From sequence record NZ_CP119397.1: DNA of 64,000 bases, one strand, 5' to 3'. Each line of letters begins with the position of its first letter. Position 1 is the first letter of the stretch. Shown here one piece after another: positions 51,935-62,327 of the stretch. The position numbers were made by a program, and so were the translations under genes. The notes below the pieces were generated by a model. The model ran no database searches, was not told the origin of the DNA, and saw only the letters and a list, made by a program, of their open reading frames with translations. The stretch is from a plasmid.

Positions 51935-52301
51935 GATGAATATACCTGAGCGTTTTAATGACGGCAGGCGCCATAGAGTGTGTTTCAGAGAGAGAAAACC
52001 AGCCTGTTTCACTGACTTCATTTCCCGGCGTGCAGGGAGGTAATGTATTCATCGTATAAAGATAAAGATGAACAAGGTCGCCCCCATCATGGCTTGGTCC
52101 GATGATATCAGTCAGAAAACGAATATCCTCAATAGTGACAGAAATAGTAAGTTCTTCGTAAAGCTCACGCAGGAGTGCCGATGCCGCGTCTTCGCCTTCC
52201 GCTATTTTTCCGCCGGGGAAATACCATAATGTATTATTTCTTACGCGGACGAGGAAAACCTTGCCATCCTCAATATAGACGAGGCTCGCACAATGAATCA
52301 C
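51924..52301 (-). CDS. NUDIX hydrolase
   Basis: Nudix box GGKIAEGEDAASALLRELYEELTI. Confidence 0.8.
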   Translation of the reverse strand: MIHCASLVYIEDGKVFLVRVRNNTLWYFPGGKIAEGEDAASALLRELYEELTISVTIEDIRFLTDIIGPSHDGGDLVHLYLYTMNTLPPCTPGNEVSETGWFSLSETHSMAPAVIKTLRYIHHGL

Positions 52302-53721
52302 GATAGATCCTTTTAATAGTATTCAGATGCTGGAATATCTCTTCTTTTGGGTAATTGGCATAATGCATCGCTGCAATACGGATAGGATCACCCGCATGGT
52401 ACTTTTCATAAACCATCTGCCGCTGCCCAAAACCGTCACCGCTCAAATCCCATGCCAGATTTAACAGAAAACATCTCTCACCGGCATTTAACGACGTGGT
52501 GCGGAGTGATTCTTCTATGACGGAAGCATTCTCATTGCTGAAATCACCCTGATGCGGCACCGCCAGCATCGAACCGGCAGAAAGTGACTGAATAATTGTG
52601 ACCATCCGCTGATACCATTTAGGAAAATGATACCGGACAGCCTGAATGGCATGAATGCTGGGGTTAAGCAGGTCGTTCTCGCTGACAGCGTCCTGTTCCG
52701 CCAGGAGAATGGCACCCCGCACCAGCTCAAGGCAGGATGTCATCTCGCCTAATTGTTCCCTGACGTTCAGGAAACCGGTGAGCCCCATTTTGTCAGCCAG
52801 TTCGATGGCCACCCCGGTAAGCAGTTCAGCTTTTGACAACCCGCGGACGATCCCCTGGTGCCCGTTATGATTGCGGATGCGCGTTTTGTCATAAAAGGCG
52901 TTGGATTTTTCAACGTCCCGGAAGACAAATACGTCCTGCCAGGGGATAAAGACGTCATTAAACACCATGTAAGCATCTGATTCATCGAACAGGTTTGCCA
53001 CAGGGTGATCGAAAAGGCTGTAACCTGCGTGTTGCAGGGGCTTACGGCATATCAGTTTGACGCCTGATGCCGTCACCGGTACCGCAAAGGCAATGGCAAA
53101 GTCCTCATCGCCGGGCACCAAACCGGGCATGTTGAAAATCAATAATTCATCTGCAATAGGTGCCAGCGTGACGATCATCTTGGCGCCGGAAACCACCATT
53201 CCTTTCTCATCTGATGACACCACACGCACGCCACAGAAATTATTCTTCTGCGAGCCCAGTGGGGTGCCCCGGTCAACCTGCGGGTTGATGGCACCATGAC
53301 CGATAAAAAGATGATGGCGGCGGCATTTTTCATAGTATTTCACCGCATTATCTGAAAAGTCAGCAAATTGTCCTGACCCTAACACGTGGGCATTGTTAGC
53401 CATGGCCGCCAGCGCACAATTGATAAAGTCAGGTGTCCGGCCAAGCATACCGAAAGAGAGGTCGGCAATAGCTTTGTAACTGGCTCTTTTTCTTTTCAGA
53501 TCATCATGATTACGCGGCATCAGGGTGCTGATATGATATGACACCCCGTTTTCCTGATAAGTGAATCTGTCAGGCTGGGATTCCTGCAGATGATAATACT
53601 GCGCAATATTGTCAATCGCCCCCTGAAAGGCCGGTTCCTCAGACACGTCTGTTACCAGCCGGGAATCAATATAAACCTGTCTCGGTGTTTTAACTCTGCG
53701 AAGAAAATCTTCTTTTAACAT
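52270..53721 (-). CDS. HpaB-family flavin-dependent monooxygenase, oxygenase component (4-hydroxyphenylacetate 3-hydroxylase family)
   Basis: Collinear similarity to HpaB (acyl-CoA-dehydrogenase-like fold; GHGAINPQ, VSGAK blocks), 483 aa. Confidence 0.8.
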   Translation of the reverse strand: MLKEDFLRRVKTPRQVYIDSRLVTDVSEEPAFQGAIDNIAQYYHLQESQPDRFTYQENGVSYHISTLMPRNHDDLKRKRASYKAIADLSFGMLGRTPDFINCALAAMANNAHVLGSGQFADFSDNAVKYYEKCRRHHLFIGHGAINPQVDRGTPLGSQKNNFCGVRVVSSDEKGMVVSGAKMIVTLAPIADELLIFNMPGLVPGDEDFAIAFAVPVTASGVKLICRKPLQHAGYSLFDHPVANLFDESDAYMVFNDVFIPWQDVFVFRDVEKSNAFYDKTRIRNHNGHQGIVRGLSKAELLTGVAIELADKMGLTGFLNVREQLGEMTSCLELVRGAILLAEQDAVSENDLLNPSIHAIQAVRYHFPKWYQRMVTIIQSLSAGSMLAVPHQGDFSNENASVIEESLRTTSLNAGERCFLLNLAWDLSGDGFGQRQMVYEKYHAGDPIRIAAMHYANYPKEEIFQHLNTIKRIYRDSLCEPRLY

Positions 53722-53733
53722 ATATCGTTCCCA

Positions 53734-54444
53734 CTAGTGATTGTCTGAAATTATTCTTTGTTGATTGACGCCCATTAAGCAAAGTTTATCTTTAAGCATC
53801 TGAAAAAAATTGCGGCCACTGCCTATGTAAAAATTCGACAGAGAGAAATGTGGCTCATGAATCTGCTGAAGTACATGGGTAATGAAGCTGTTGTTCCGGC
53901 CGGCATACGCTTCCTCTATGGACATAAACCTAAAGTCAGCAGATTTTTCTATAAGGGTGTTGAGATACGGCATATCAAAAGGCGTATGTCCCGTCTCATT
54001 TATTGAGATCAATAAAGTTGGCTGTTTACTCTCATTCCCTGCAATATATTCAGCAATACCTCTTACATAGCTATAACCTGAATCGCAGGCAATAAGCACA
54101 TTGCCATAGTCAGACCGTCGCCAGTAGGCATGGCCGCAGGCTTCTGAAATGTATATCTCCTCGCCTGAAAGGATATCCAGGATAATTTTGTGGGAAGCGG
54201 ATAACCACTCATTGAATCTGATCAGTAATTCTACGACAGCCGGATCATTGTCCGAATAAGGGCCTTTCCGGGATAATACCGAAAAGTATCTTCCCGGCCC
54301 CTTACCGCACCTTATCATGACGTACTGTCCGGGTAAGTGAGTAAAGCCGACAACGCTGATTTTGACAATATAAGTATAAGGATCTATTTTTTCAGCTTGC
54401 GCATTTAACGCTTTCAACAATACATGCTGGCTATCACAGACCAT
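53734..54444 (-). CDS. Fre-like NAD(P)H:flavin reductase (FNR-fold), partner of HpaB-family oxygenase
   Basis: Collinear to E. coli Fre (..GQYVMIR..RYFSV.., LIACDSGYSYVRGI, YIGSGRNFF) but canonical GGTG NAD motif replaced by CDSG. Confidence 0.7.
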   Translation of the reverse strand: MVCDSQHVLLKALNAQAEKIDPYTYIVKISVVGFTHLPGQYVMIRCGKGPGRYFSVLSRKGPYSDNDPAVVELLIRFNEWLSASHKIILDILSGEEIYISEACGHAYWRRSDYGNVLIACDSGYSYVRGIAEYIAGNESKQPTLLISINETGHTPFDMPYLNTLIEKSADFRFMSIEEAYAGRNNSFITHVLQQIHEPHFSLSNFYIGSGRNFFQMLKDKLCLMGVNQQRIISDNH

Positions 54445-55062
54445 CTTATTGACTATCCTGTTCTTAAATTTTTCAGCAGAAAATGATTAATCGGAGATAT
54501 GAAAAGAGAGCCGATTATTGATATTCGAAATCCGGCTTATACTTCATAAAAAAAGAGTCTGTTTCAAATCACGTATTTTGAGAAAAACGGTATACATATT
54601 AATATCTTATTGCAAACAAGATTCATTGCGATAAAAAATGTGATTAAGATCACTTTTCTCCTCCTCGTTTTCCCGGCTCTTACGCAGGATGCCGCCGCCA
54701 TCCATTATTCCGGCATGCTGAATTTTAGGAATATCGCCAAAATAGTGTAGGTAAATCAGCACTAAAACGTCTTAAAGGCCTAGCGATGCAGAACTGAGCA
54801 GCATCGCGGCAGCAATGCCCTTGCTGCCCGATGAATGGAGGGGGCTCATGACAGCATTCGGTATCGCCGGCTAAAGAAGCGGCCGGGAGCAGCTGTATTC
54901 GAAAGTGAGGAAAGAATATTTTCCTTTGTCAGAACAGAAAGCGTCGACTGTTGACTATTGCGGAGGGGGGCTAAGCCAATGCTGCCAGCCGGAATACTGG
55001 ATGCGTTTAAAGCAAAAAATATCAGGCTGGTACACCTGGATTAACCGGCGTACCCCACATTA

Positions 55063-55967
<905 letters not shown>

Positions 55968-56153
55968 TCACGATGGCATACATAGTGGCGCACAGCCCTT
56001 GTTTACCCGGTATTGCACGCCGGGCAAACGGCAGGGTGAGCAGTGTAGCGTAAAAGGGAGGGCCTTCCCCAGCGGGAAAATTGACGGGAAGCGCCGTGAT
56101 AAAAGGCTGAATACCCTGTCCGGTATTCAGCCTGTGTGGGTTACCCGGTGCCG

Positions 56154-58691
56154 TTATGGCAGGCTGACCAGAATCACCGCGGAGCAGCAATCCACTGACT
56201 CGAGCGTCAGGCGGTCGGTGAGGGCGATCTCCTCCCCGCTGAGGATGTCACGGTAGCGGCGGTTGGCCAGCGCGTCCGGCAGGGCGATGGCCGTCCCGCT
56301 GAAGCGTTGCTTGTGCGGCAGGCTGTTGCTCTCCTGAAGCAGGCCCAGCACCAGGCGCGGGGTGATGACGATCAGCGCATCGTCGCCATTTACCCGCGCA
56401 AAGGTAATGACGTTGCGCGCCCAGGTGCCGGTGGCGGTGAGCGGCAGGTAATCACCTTTGCGGAACAGCGCCGGTTTCTCCTGGCGTAACCGCAGGGTTT
56501 TGGCAATCGCGTGCTGGTTCACCCGGCCGCTCAGCCAGTCCTGCTCCGTGGCCGCCGTGGGCTTCTCAAAGCCGTCCAGCATCTTTTCCAGGGCCGCGAA
56601 ATCCGGCTCGCGCCGGTTGTCCGGGTCAACCAGGCTGAAGTTCAGCGCCTCACTGCCCTGATAAATATCCGGCACGCCCGGCGCGGTGAGTTTTACCACC
56701 GTCTGCGTCAGGCTGTTGACCAGCCCGGCACGGATAAACGGCTGCAGGGTGCTGACGAAATCCTGCAAAAAGGCCGGGTTGTCCGGGGAGAGCAGGTGGC
56801 GGGTATAGTTGAGCACCGCCTCTTCGTAAGCATCATTGCTGTCGGCCCAGTCGGTGCGCAGTTTCGCCTCCCGCAACGCTTTTTCCACAAACGCCAGGAA
56901 CCGCTCCTCCAGCGCCTTCAGGCCCGCGGCATCAGCCGGTTGCAGCCTGACCGGCCAGACACCGGCCAGTGCCTGATAGAGCATCCAGGCACCGGCGGCT
57001 TTGGGGGCCGCGCCATCGTCGAGCATCGAGACTTTCGACTGGTTCATCTGCCGCCAGCGGGCAACGCACTCTGCCCAGCGCGCCGGGGCTTCGGTGAGCG
57101 TGTAGAGCCGCGCGCGGGCATCTTCGCCGCGTTTGGTGTCGTGCGTCGAGGTGCCGGAGAGTGCATCCGGCTGATGATCAAGGCGGGTCTTCATCTCCGC
57201 ATGGAAGCGTTTAAGCGAGAAGTCGCCGGGGATCGGCTCTGCCCCGACCTCATTCAGCGCCAGCTCCATGTTCTGGCGGAAGAACAGCGTATCCTCCACC
57301 GATTTTGCCATCAGCGGGCCGGTAAGCTGCTGGAAGCGGGTGCGGAAGGTTGCCGCCTGCGCGGCTGCGGCATCTGACACCTCGCCGGTCAGGATCTGGC
57401 TGATAAACGCCAGCGCCGCCGGATCGGGCGCATGCGCCCCGGCGTTGACTTTGCTCACGACTTTTTGCAGCAACTGACGGCCTTCCGGCGGCAGCCCGGC
57501 CTGGGTGCCGTAGGTGCGGTAGACCGGGAAGGCGATCAGCAGCTCACGCAGCGCGGCGCGTACTGCCTGCTCATCCTGTTTGCTGCCTTGTGCCCCGGCA
57601 ATCTCCAGCGCAATGCGCAGCAGCGTGGTGAATTCCCCTTCGAAATTCCGGTCCACCATCAGCAGCTTGGCGGCGCGCAATTCGGCTTTCATGTCCACCG
57701 GTTTGCCCACTACCTCGTCATAGGCGTCACGCAGGGTATCGAGCTTGCCGCCGTCCACCAGGGCATCTGAGAGCGCGGCCACGAATTCATAGCCGGTGGT
57801 GCCGGACACCGGCCAGTCCGCCGGTAACTGCTCCCCTTCGCCGAGGATTTTTTCCACGGTGAGGTAGCATTCCGGCCCGGTTTCCCGGCGCAGGCGCTCA
57901 AGATAGGCTTTCGGGTCAGCCAGCCCGTCCACGTGGTCTACCCGCAGCCCGTCCACCGCGCCGGAACGCACCAGTTCCAGGATCAGCCGGTGCGTGTCGT
58001 CAAAGACGGTATCCTCTTCCACCCGCACGCCCACCAGCCCGGTTATCTCAAAGAAACGGCGGTAGGAGAGGTCACGCGGCGCATCACGCCATGACATCAG
58101 CCGCCAGGGCTGGCGCTCATGCAGCGCCGCAATCGCGGCAGGGTCGGTGAGTGCCAGCACCTCGTCTTCGCGATCTGCCCAGGTTTCCGGGTTCAGCGGA
58201 TAAAAACTCTCGTAATAAGCGAGCGCCGGTTTGCCGGTGTCCGGGTCACGTTTCACCGTGATTTCACCGTTCTCCAGCGCGGCCTCAAAAGTGTCGCCCA
58301 GGAACGGCAGGGTCAAACGACGCGACCAGTCGATGTCAAAATGGCGCGCATACCGGCTTTTTTCGCCGTGCTCAATCACGTCATACCACCAGGCATTCTC
58401 CAGCGAGGCCGCCATATGGTTCGGCACGATGTCGAGGATCAGGCCGAGATCGGCGGCTTTCAGCGCCTTGACCATGCGGTCGAAGCCCTCACGGCCGCCA
58501 ATCGCCGGGTCGATCTCGTTGGCGTCGGTCACGTCATAACCGTGGGTGGAGCCGGCAGTGGCGGTAAAGATCGGTGAAGCGTAAAGGTGGCTGATGCCGA
58601 GCCGTTTCAGGTAGGGCACCAGCCCTGCCACGCGGTCAAAGGTCATGCCGTTACGGAACTGGATGCGGTACGTCGCGCTGGGTATCGTCAC
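56154..58691 (-). CDS. treY: Malto-oligosyltrehalose synthase TreY
   Basis: N-terminal YRIQFRNGMTFDRVAGLVPYLKRLGISHLYASPI characteristic of TreY; 845 aa; ATGA overlap with treZ. Confidence 0.9.
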   Translation of the reverse strand: MTIPSATYRIQFRNGMTFDRVAGLVPYLKRLGISHLYASPIFTATAGSTHGYDVTDANEIDPAIGGREGFDRMVKALKAADLGLILDIVPNHMAASLENAWWYDVIEHGEKSRYARHFDIDWSRRLTLPFLGDTFEAALENGEITVKRDPDTGKPALAYYESFYPLNPETWADREDEVLALTDPAAIAALHERQPWRLMSWRDAPRDLSYRRFFEITGLVGVRVEEDTVFDDTHRLILELVRSGAVDGLRVDHVDGLADPKAYLERLRRETGPECYLTVEKILGEGEQLPADWPVSGTTGYEFVAALSDALVDGGKLDTLRDAYDEVVGKPVDMKAELRAAKLLMVDRNFEGEFTTLLRIALEIAGAQGSKQDEQAVRAALRELLIAFPVYRTYGTQAGLPPEGRQLLQKVVSKVNAGAHAPDPAALAFISQILTGEVSDAAAAQAATFRTRFQQLTGPLMAKSVEDTLFFRQNMELALNEVGAEPIPGDFSLKRFHAEMKTRLDHQPDALSGTSTHDTKRGEDARARLYTLTEAPARWAECVARWRQMNQSKVSMLDDGAAPKAAGAWMLYQALAGVWPVRLQPADAAGLKALEERFLAFVEKALREAKLRTDWADSNDAYEEAVLNYTRHLLSPDNPAFLQDFVSTLQPFIRAGLVNSLTQTVVKLTAPGVPDIYQGSEALNFSLVDPDNRREPDFAALEKMLDGFEKPTAATEQDWLSGRVNQHAIAKTLRLRQEKPALFRKGDYLPLTATGTWARNVITFARVNGDDALIVITPRLVLGLLQESNSLPHKQRFSGTAIALPDALANRRYRDILSGEEIALTDRLTLESVDCCSAVILVSLP

Positions 58692-60475
58692 TGGGAACCT
58701 CCCTGGGAAAAACGGACAAGAATAGAATGCTGCGGCAGGTCATTGCCCGCCTTTGGCCAGGCAAAGATCGCCTCGCCCGGTTGGTCCGGCAGGGGCCGGG
58801 TACTGTCGCCGATGTTCAGCGCCATCGACAGCGTGCCGGCCGGGAACGTCCAGCTCACGGCCACAAAGCCCTCTGCGGTCGTGATGACCTTGCCGCACCG
58901 GCCGCCTGCGGTGGCCAGCAACGGCACCACCTTCTCGCGGCGTACGGCCAGCAGTTGCCGGGTGAAATCCAGCCAGGCGCTGCCCTCTGCGCCGGCGGGT
59001 TTTGCCCAGTCGAGTTTTGACAGGGTGAAGGTGCTTTCGGCGTTGGGGTCGGGCACATCCTCGCCCTCATGCCCGGCGTGGCCCTCGAACTCTTTCGCGC
59101 GCCCCTCGCGCACCGCGTTGGCGAGATCGCCCTGGAAATCGGTAAAGAACAGGAACGGGTTGGTCTCGCCATACTCTTCGCCCATAAACAGCAGCGGGAT
59201 ATGCGGCGACAGCAACAGTGTTGCCAGCAGGACTTTGGTGCGATCGGCCCCGGCCAGCGAAATCAGCCGTTCGCCCTGGGCGCGGTTGCCTATCTGGTCA
59301 TGGTTCTGGATAAAATCCACAAAGGCTTGCGGCGGCTGGCCGGTGCTGTCGACGCCGCGTTTCTCGCCTTTCTGCCGCGAGACTTCGCCCTGATAGACAA
59401 AGCCCTCGGCCAGCGCCCGCGCGACGCGTTTTTCCGGCTCGTCGGCAAAATCCTGGTAATAGGCGTGGGTTTCGCCGGTTGCCAGCACATGCACCGCGTT
59501 ATGGAAATCATCATTCCATTCGCCGGTGAACAACGGCGTGCTGCCGTCTTCATTGCGCGGGTGCAGGAAAATCACGTTGCGGCTGTCTTCGGTGGTGAGG
59601 TGGATTGGCCGGTCAGTGATCTCAGTGCGGATGCGTTCCGCAATCTCGATCAGCACATGTTTGTCCGCACTGTCTTCGATCTGGTCGATGGCGTCGAACC
59701 GCAGGCCGTCCAGGTGGAACTCCTGCAACCAGTAGAGCGGCGCCTCAACAATGTAGTCACGGGTGGCGGCGACATCATAAGCGATGCCCGCGCCCCAGGG
59801 CGTCATGCGATCTTTATGGAAGAAATCGGGTGACAGGGCCGGCAGGTAATTGCCCTCCGGCCCGAAATGGTTCAGCACGATGTCGAGCACCACGGACAGG
59901 CCGTGGCCGTGCGCGGCATCCACAAAGGCTTTGAAATCGTCCGGCGTGCCGTAGGCGGAGTGCGGGGCGTAAAGCAATACGCCGTCATACCCCCAGCCCC
60001 GGTTGCCGCCGAACTGCGACACCGGCAGCACTTCCAGCATGGTGATGCCAAGTTCGGCAAGGTAGGGCAGTTTCTCGATCGCGGCGCGGAAGGTACCTTC
60101 CGGCGTAAAGGTGCCGATGTGCATCTCGTAGACCACCGTCTCTTCCCACGGGCGGCCTTGCCAGCCGCTGTGCTGCCAGCGGTAGCGGGTGGGGTCGATA
60201 ACCAGTGACGGGCCGTTCACATCGGCTTTCTGCGCGCGGGAGGCCGGGTCGGGTATCGTCAGGCCGTCGGCCAGCTGATACTGGTATTCGGTGCCGGGTG
60301 CGATGCCGGTAGCCTGGTGTTCGAACCACCCCTCACCGGCCGGGCGCATGGCAATTTCTTCGCCGGCAAGCCTGAGCGTGACGTTTTCCTGCCCGGATGC
60401 CCAGAGACGGAAGCGAACTGTGTCGGCGGCCACATACTCAGCGCCCCAACGTTTATGAAATGACTTGGACTCCAT
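58688..60475 (-). CDS. treZ: Malto-oligosyltrehalose trehalohydrolase TreZ
   Basis: GH13 TreZ architecture (N-terminal CBM48-like, catalytic blocks DIVLNH, GLRFDA, EPWD-like), 595 aa. Confidence 0.9.
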   Translation of the reverse strand: MESKSFHKRWGAEYVAADTVRFRLWASGQENVTLRLAGEEIAMRPAGEGWFEHQATGIAPGTEYQYQLADGLTIPDPASRAQKADVNGPSLVIDPTRYRWQHSGWQGRPWEETVVYEMHIGTFTPEGTFRAAIEKLPYLAELGITMLEVLPVSQFGGNRGWGYDGVLLYAPHSAYGTPDDFKAFVDAAHGHGLSVVLDIVLNHFGPEGNYLPALSPDFFHKDRMTPWGAGIAYDVAATRDYIVEAPLYWLQEFHLDGLRFDAIDQIEDSADKHVLIEIAERIRTEITDRPIHLTTEDSRNVIFLHPRNEDGSTPLFTGEWNDDFHNAVHVLATGETHAYYQDFADEPEKRVARALAEGFVYQGEVSRQKGEKRGVDSTGQPPQAFVDFIQNHDQIGNRAQGERLISLAGADRTKVLLATLLLSPHIPLLFMGEEYGETNPFLFFTDFQGDLANAVREGRAKEFEGHAGHEGEDVPDPNAESTFTLSKLDWAKPAGAEGSAWLDFTRQLLAVRREKVVPLLATAGGRCGKVITTAEGFVAVSWTFPAGTLSMALNIGDSTRPLPDQPGEAIFAWPKAGNDLPQHSILVRFSQGGSQ

Positions 60476-60740
60476 TCAATTGCCTCTTTTACCCAGAAAA
60501 TAATGGACGGCATCGCGCGGTGCGTGTTCCGCATGCCGTGACGGATTGCCGGGGCTGTGCCGGAATCAGGGAAGGGGAACGATGCCGCCGGTTCCGGTTC
60601 AGACCGTATACGCAGAACAATCATAGACTATGGGGCGGGAAATGAAGTGACGGTGTCACCTTGTGGCGGCAGGAAAGCGGGGAAAATCAGCCTTTGCCGC
60701 CCAGGTATGCCCGCACCGGGTGGCCGGGCATCAATGTCAC

Positions 60741-60983
60741 TTAATGGTAGGTGACATCCTGAATATCCTCTTTGGTGAACCCTTCCGAACGCAGATGCTG
60801 GATGGCTTCCTGCAAGACTTCTTCATCACTGTAATTTTTCGGCAGGGTATTTTGCCAGGCGCACTGGCCTTCGAGACGTTTCTCGCCTTTTTCCTCTGTT
60901 GGGGAGGTAAAGATTTTATAGGTCTTGCCGGTATTCTCATCGGCAGAGAAGATCTCGATACGAATATATTTAGAATCTGACAT
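60741..60983 (-). CDS. Small hypothetical protein (80 aa)
   Basis: Clean ORF, acidic, no family recognised. Confidence 0.5.
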   Translation of the reverse strand: MSDSKYIRIEIFSADENTGKTYKIFTSPTEEKGEKRLEGQCAWQNTLPKNYSDEEVLQEAIQHLRSEGFTKEDIQDVTYH

Positions 60984-61292
60984 TTACACTCCTTATAAAC
61001 CGAAAAAAAGAACAGGGATTATTGCTACCACCTTCTTTTAAACATAGTTGCGCCTGCCGGTGAAATCAATGTTTCACCGGGATCCCATGGCCTTGACCTG
61101 TCTGATTGTGCTTTTTTGGTACTAAAATAGTGCACTATTAGTGCCTTTTTATCACTGTTTATGTGCCTGTTATAAAGGCGGGGTTTTTTAGCAGACGTAT
61201 ATTATTTAATAAGAAGGGATGTGTGAAAATAGACATGCCGGTAACATTCATAACCGGCATGTCATTAATGCGATTGGCTCTTAGCTGAAAAA

Positions 61293-61466
61293 TTAAGCGA
61301 ACTTAATGGCGGATTGCTCTCTTTTTTTACCCAGGATATCCATCTCTTTTTCTTTAAGTCCTACTTTTGCAAGCTTATTACCGTCAATACTGGCCCAGAA
61401 TTCTAAAGCGCGTTTTGATGCCGCCAACGCTTTTTCGGAATCAATTTTCTTAGCATGTTTAATCAT
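61293..61466 (-). CDS. Small hypothetical protein (57 aa from MIKHAKK..)
   Basis: AT-rich island context; ORF-track 61293..61502 trimmed to internal Met; weak support. Confidence 0.3.
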   Translation of the reverse strand: MIKHAKKIDSEKALAASKRALEFWASIDGNKLAKVGLKEKEMDILGKKREQSAIKFA

Positions 61467-61558
61467 GATATCTCCGCATAAAACGGCCACCCATTCACAC
61501 AATACTATCGCAGATTTGGTTATTTAACAATCAGTGGGGTATTTGATAATGCCCAGCG

Positions 61559-62119
61559 TTACCCGGCTCTGGATACCTTTGCAACAATGCATTGTTTGAT
61601 GTCGCTTACCGATGAAGACATTTTGTTAAAATCCGACCAGACATCAGCAAAACCATAAGAGCGGTAGCGTGGCTTTGCCTCCTTTGTCGGGTCTTGGATG
61701 ATAACATCTTCAATTTCAAAGAGATCGCAAAATATTGTTGAATAGATCAGCGCAATGATCAGAACATTGCCTGTCAGCGACGTTCGCTCATTTGCAATAA
61801 AATTTTCAAGCATACAGAGAGAAAATTCTGCCCGGCGTGAATCATACTTACAAAGAATCACCGCGTGCAGAGTACTTGGGTGCGCGCAATCAATCACCTT
61901 CAAAGCGATATCAAGGATTCCGTCATTGGCATTTCCGCTATAGTGATCCATTGCCCATGGCCAGTTGAGTTCACTTATATAGTGACCACTTTTAAGCAGT
62001 GCTTTGTCTTCATCACGTAATACATTTAATGAAATATCATGCCAGCCAAAACCCTGGATAATCATTTGAGTCGTGGCAATACATTGGTGATGTATCTCCT
62101 GGATCGATAAGGCACTCAT
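61559..62119 (-). CDS. Hypothetical protein (186 aa), island cargo
   Basis: AT-rich codon usage, adjacent to integrase remnant; no family recognised. Confidence 0.5.
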   Translation of the reverse strand: MSALSIQEIHHQCIATTQMIIQGFGWHDISLNVLRDEDKALLKSGHYISELNWPWAMDHYSGNANDGILDIALKVIDCAHPSTLHAVILCKYDSRRAEFSLCMLENFIANERTSLTGNVLIIALIYSTIFCDLFEIEDVIIQDPTKEAKPRYRSYGFADVWSDFNKMSSSVSDIKQCIVAKVSRAG

Positions 62120-62327
62120 CCCTGGCCATCCTGAGCTGTTTTGCAGCCGCAGAGCATACGCCAGGGAAACACCTTCTTGTCATGATCATTATCAACATGT
62201 CAGGTCATAGCCTTTCCCTTTACGTAATGCTTCAGATTCCCTCTAAACTCACCTAAATGATTCCATACTTGGAAGGTATGGAATCATTTTCATAAGCGCG
62301 CTATGCTGAACAAAATCTTACGGAGAA

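Noticed and set aside
51934-52021. Longer start (52021) for the M24 hydrolase gene
   Set aside because: It would overlap the NUDIX gene by ~98 bp. The internal Met at 51934 gives an ~11-bp overlap typical of coupling, but neither start has a strong RBS, so the call stays ambiguous.
56511-57377. 288-aa and other plus-strand ORFs inside treY/treZ (also 58587-59393, 59069-59833)
   Set aside because: Antisense to conserved TreY/TreZ coding sequence.
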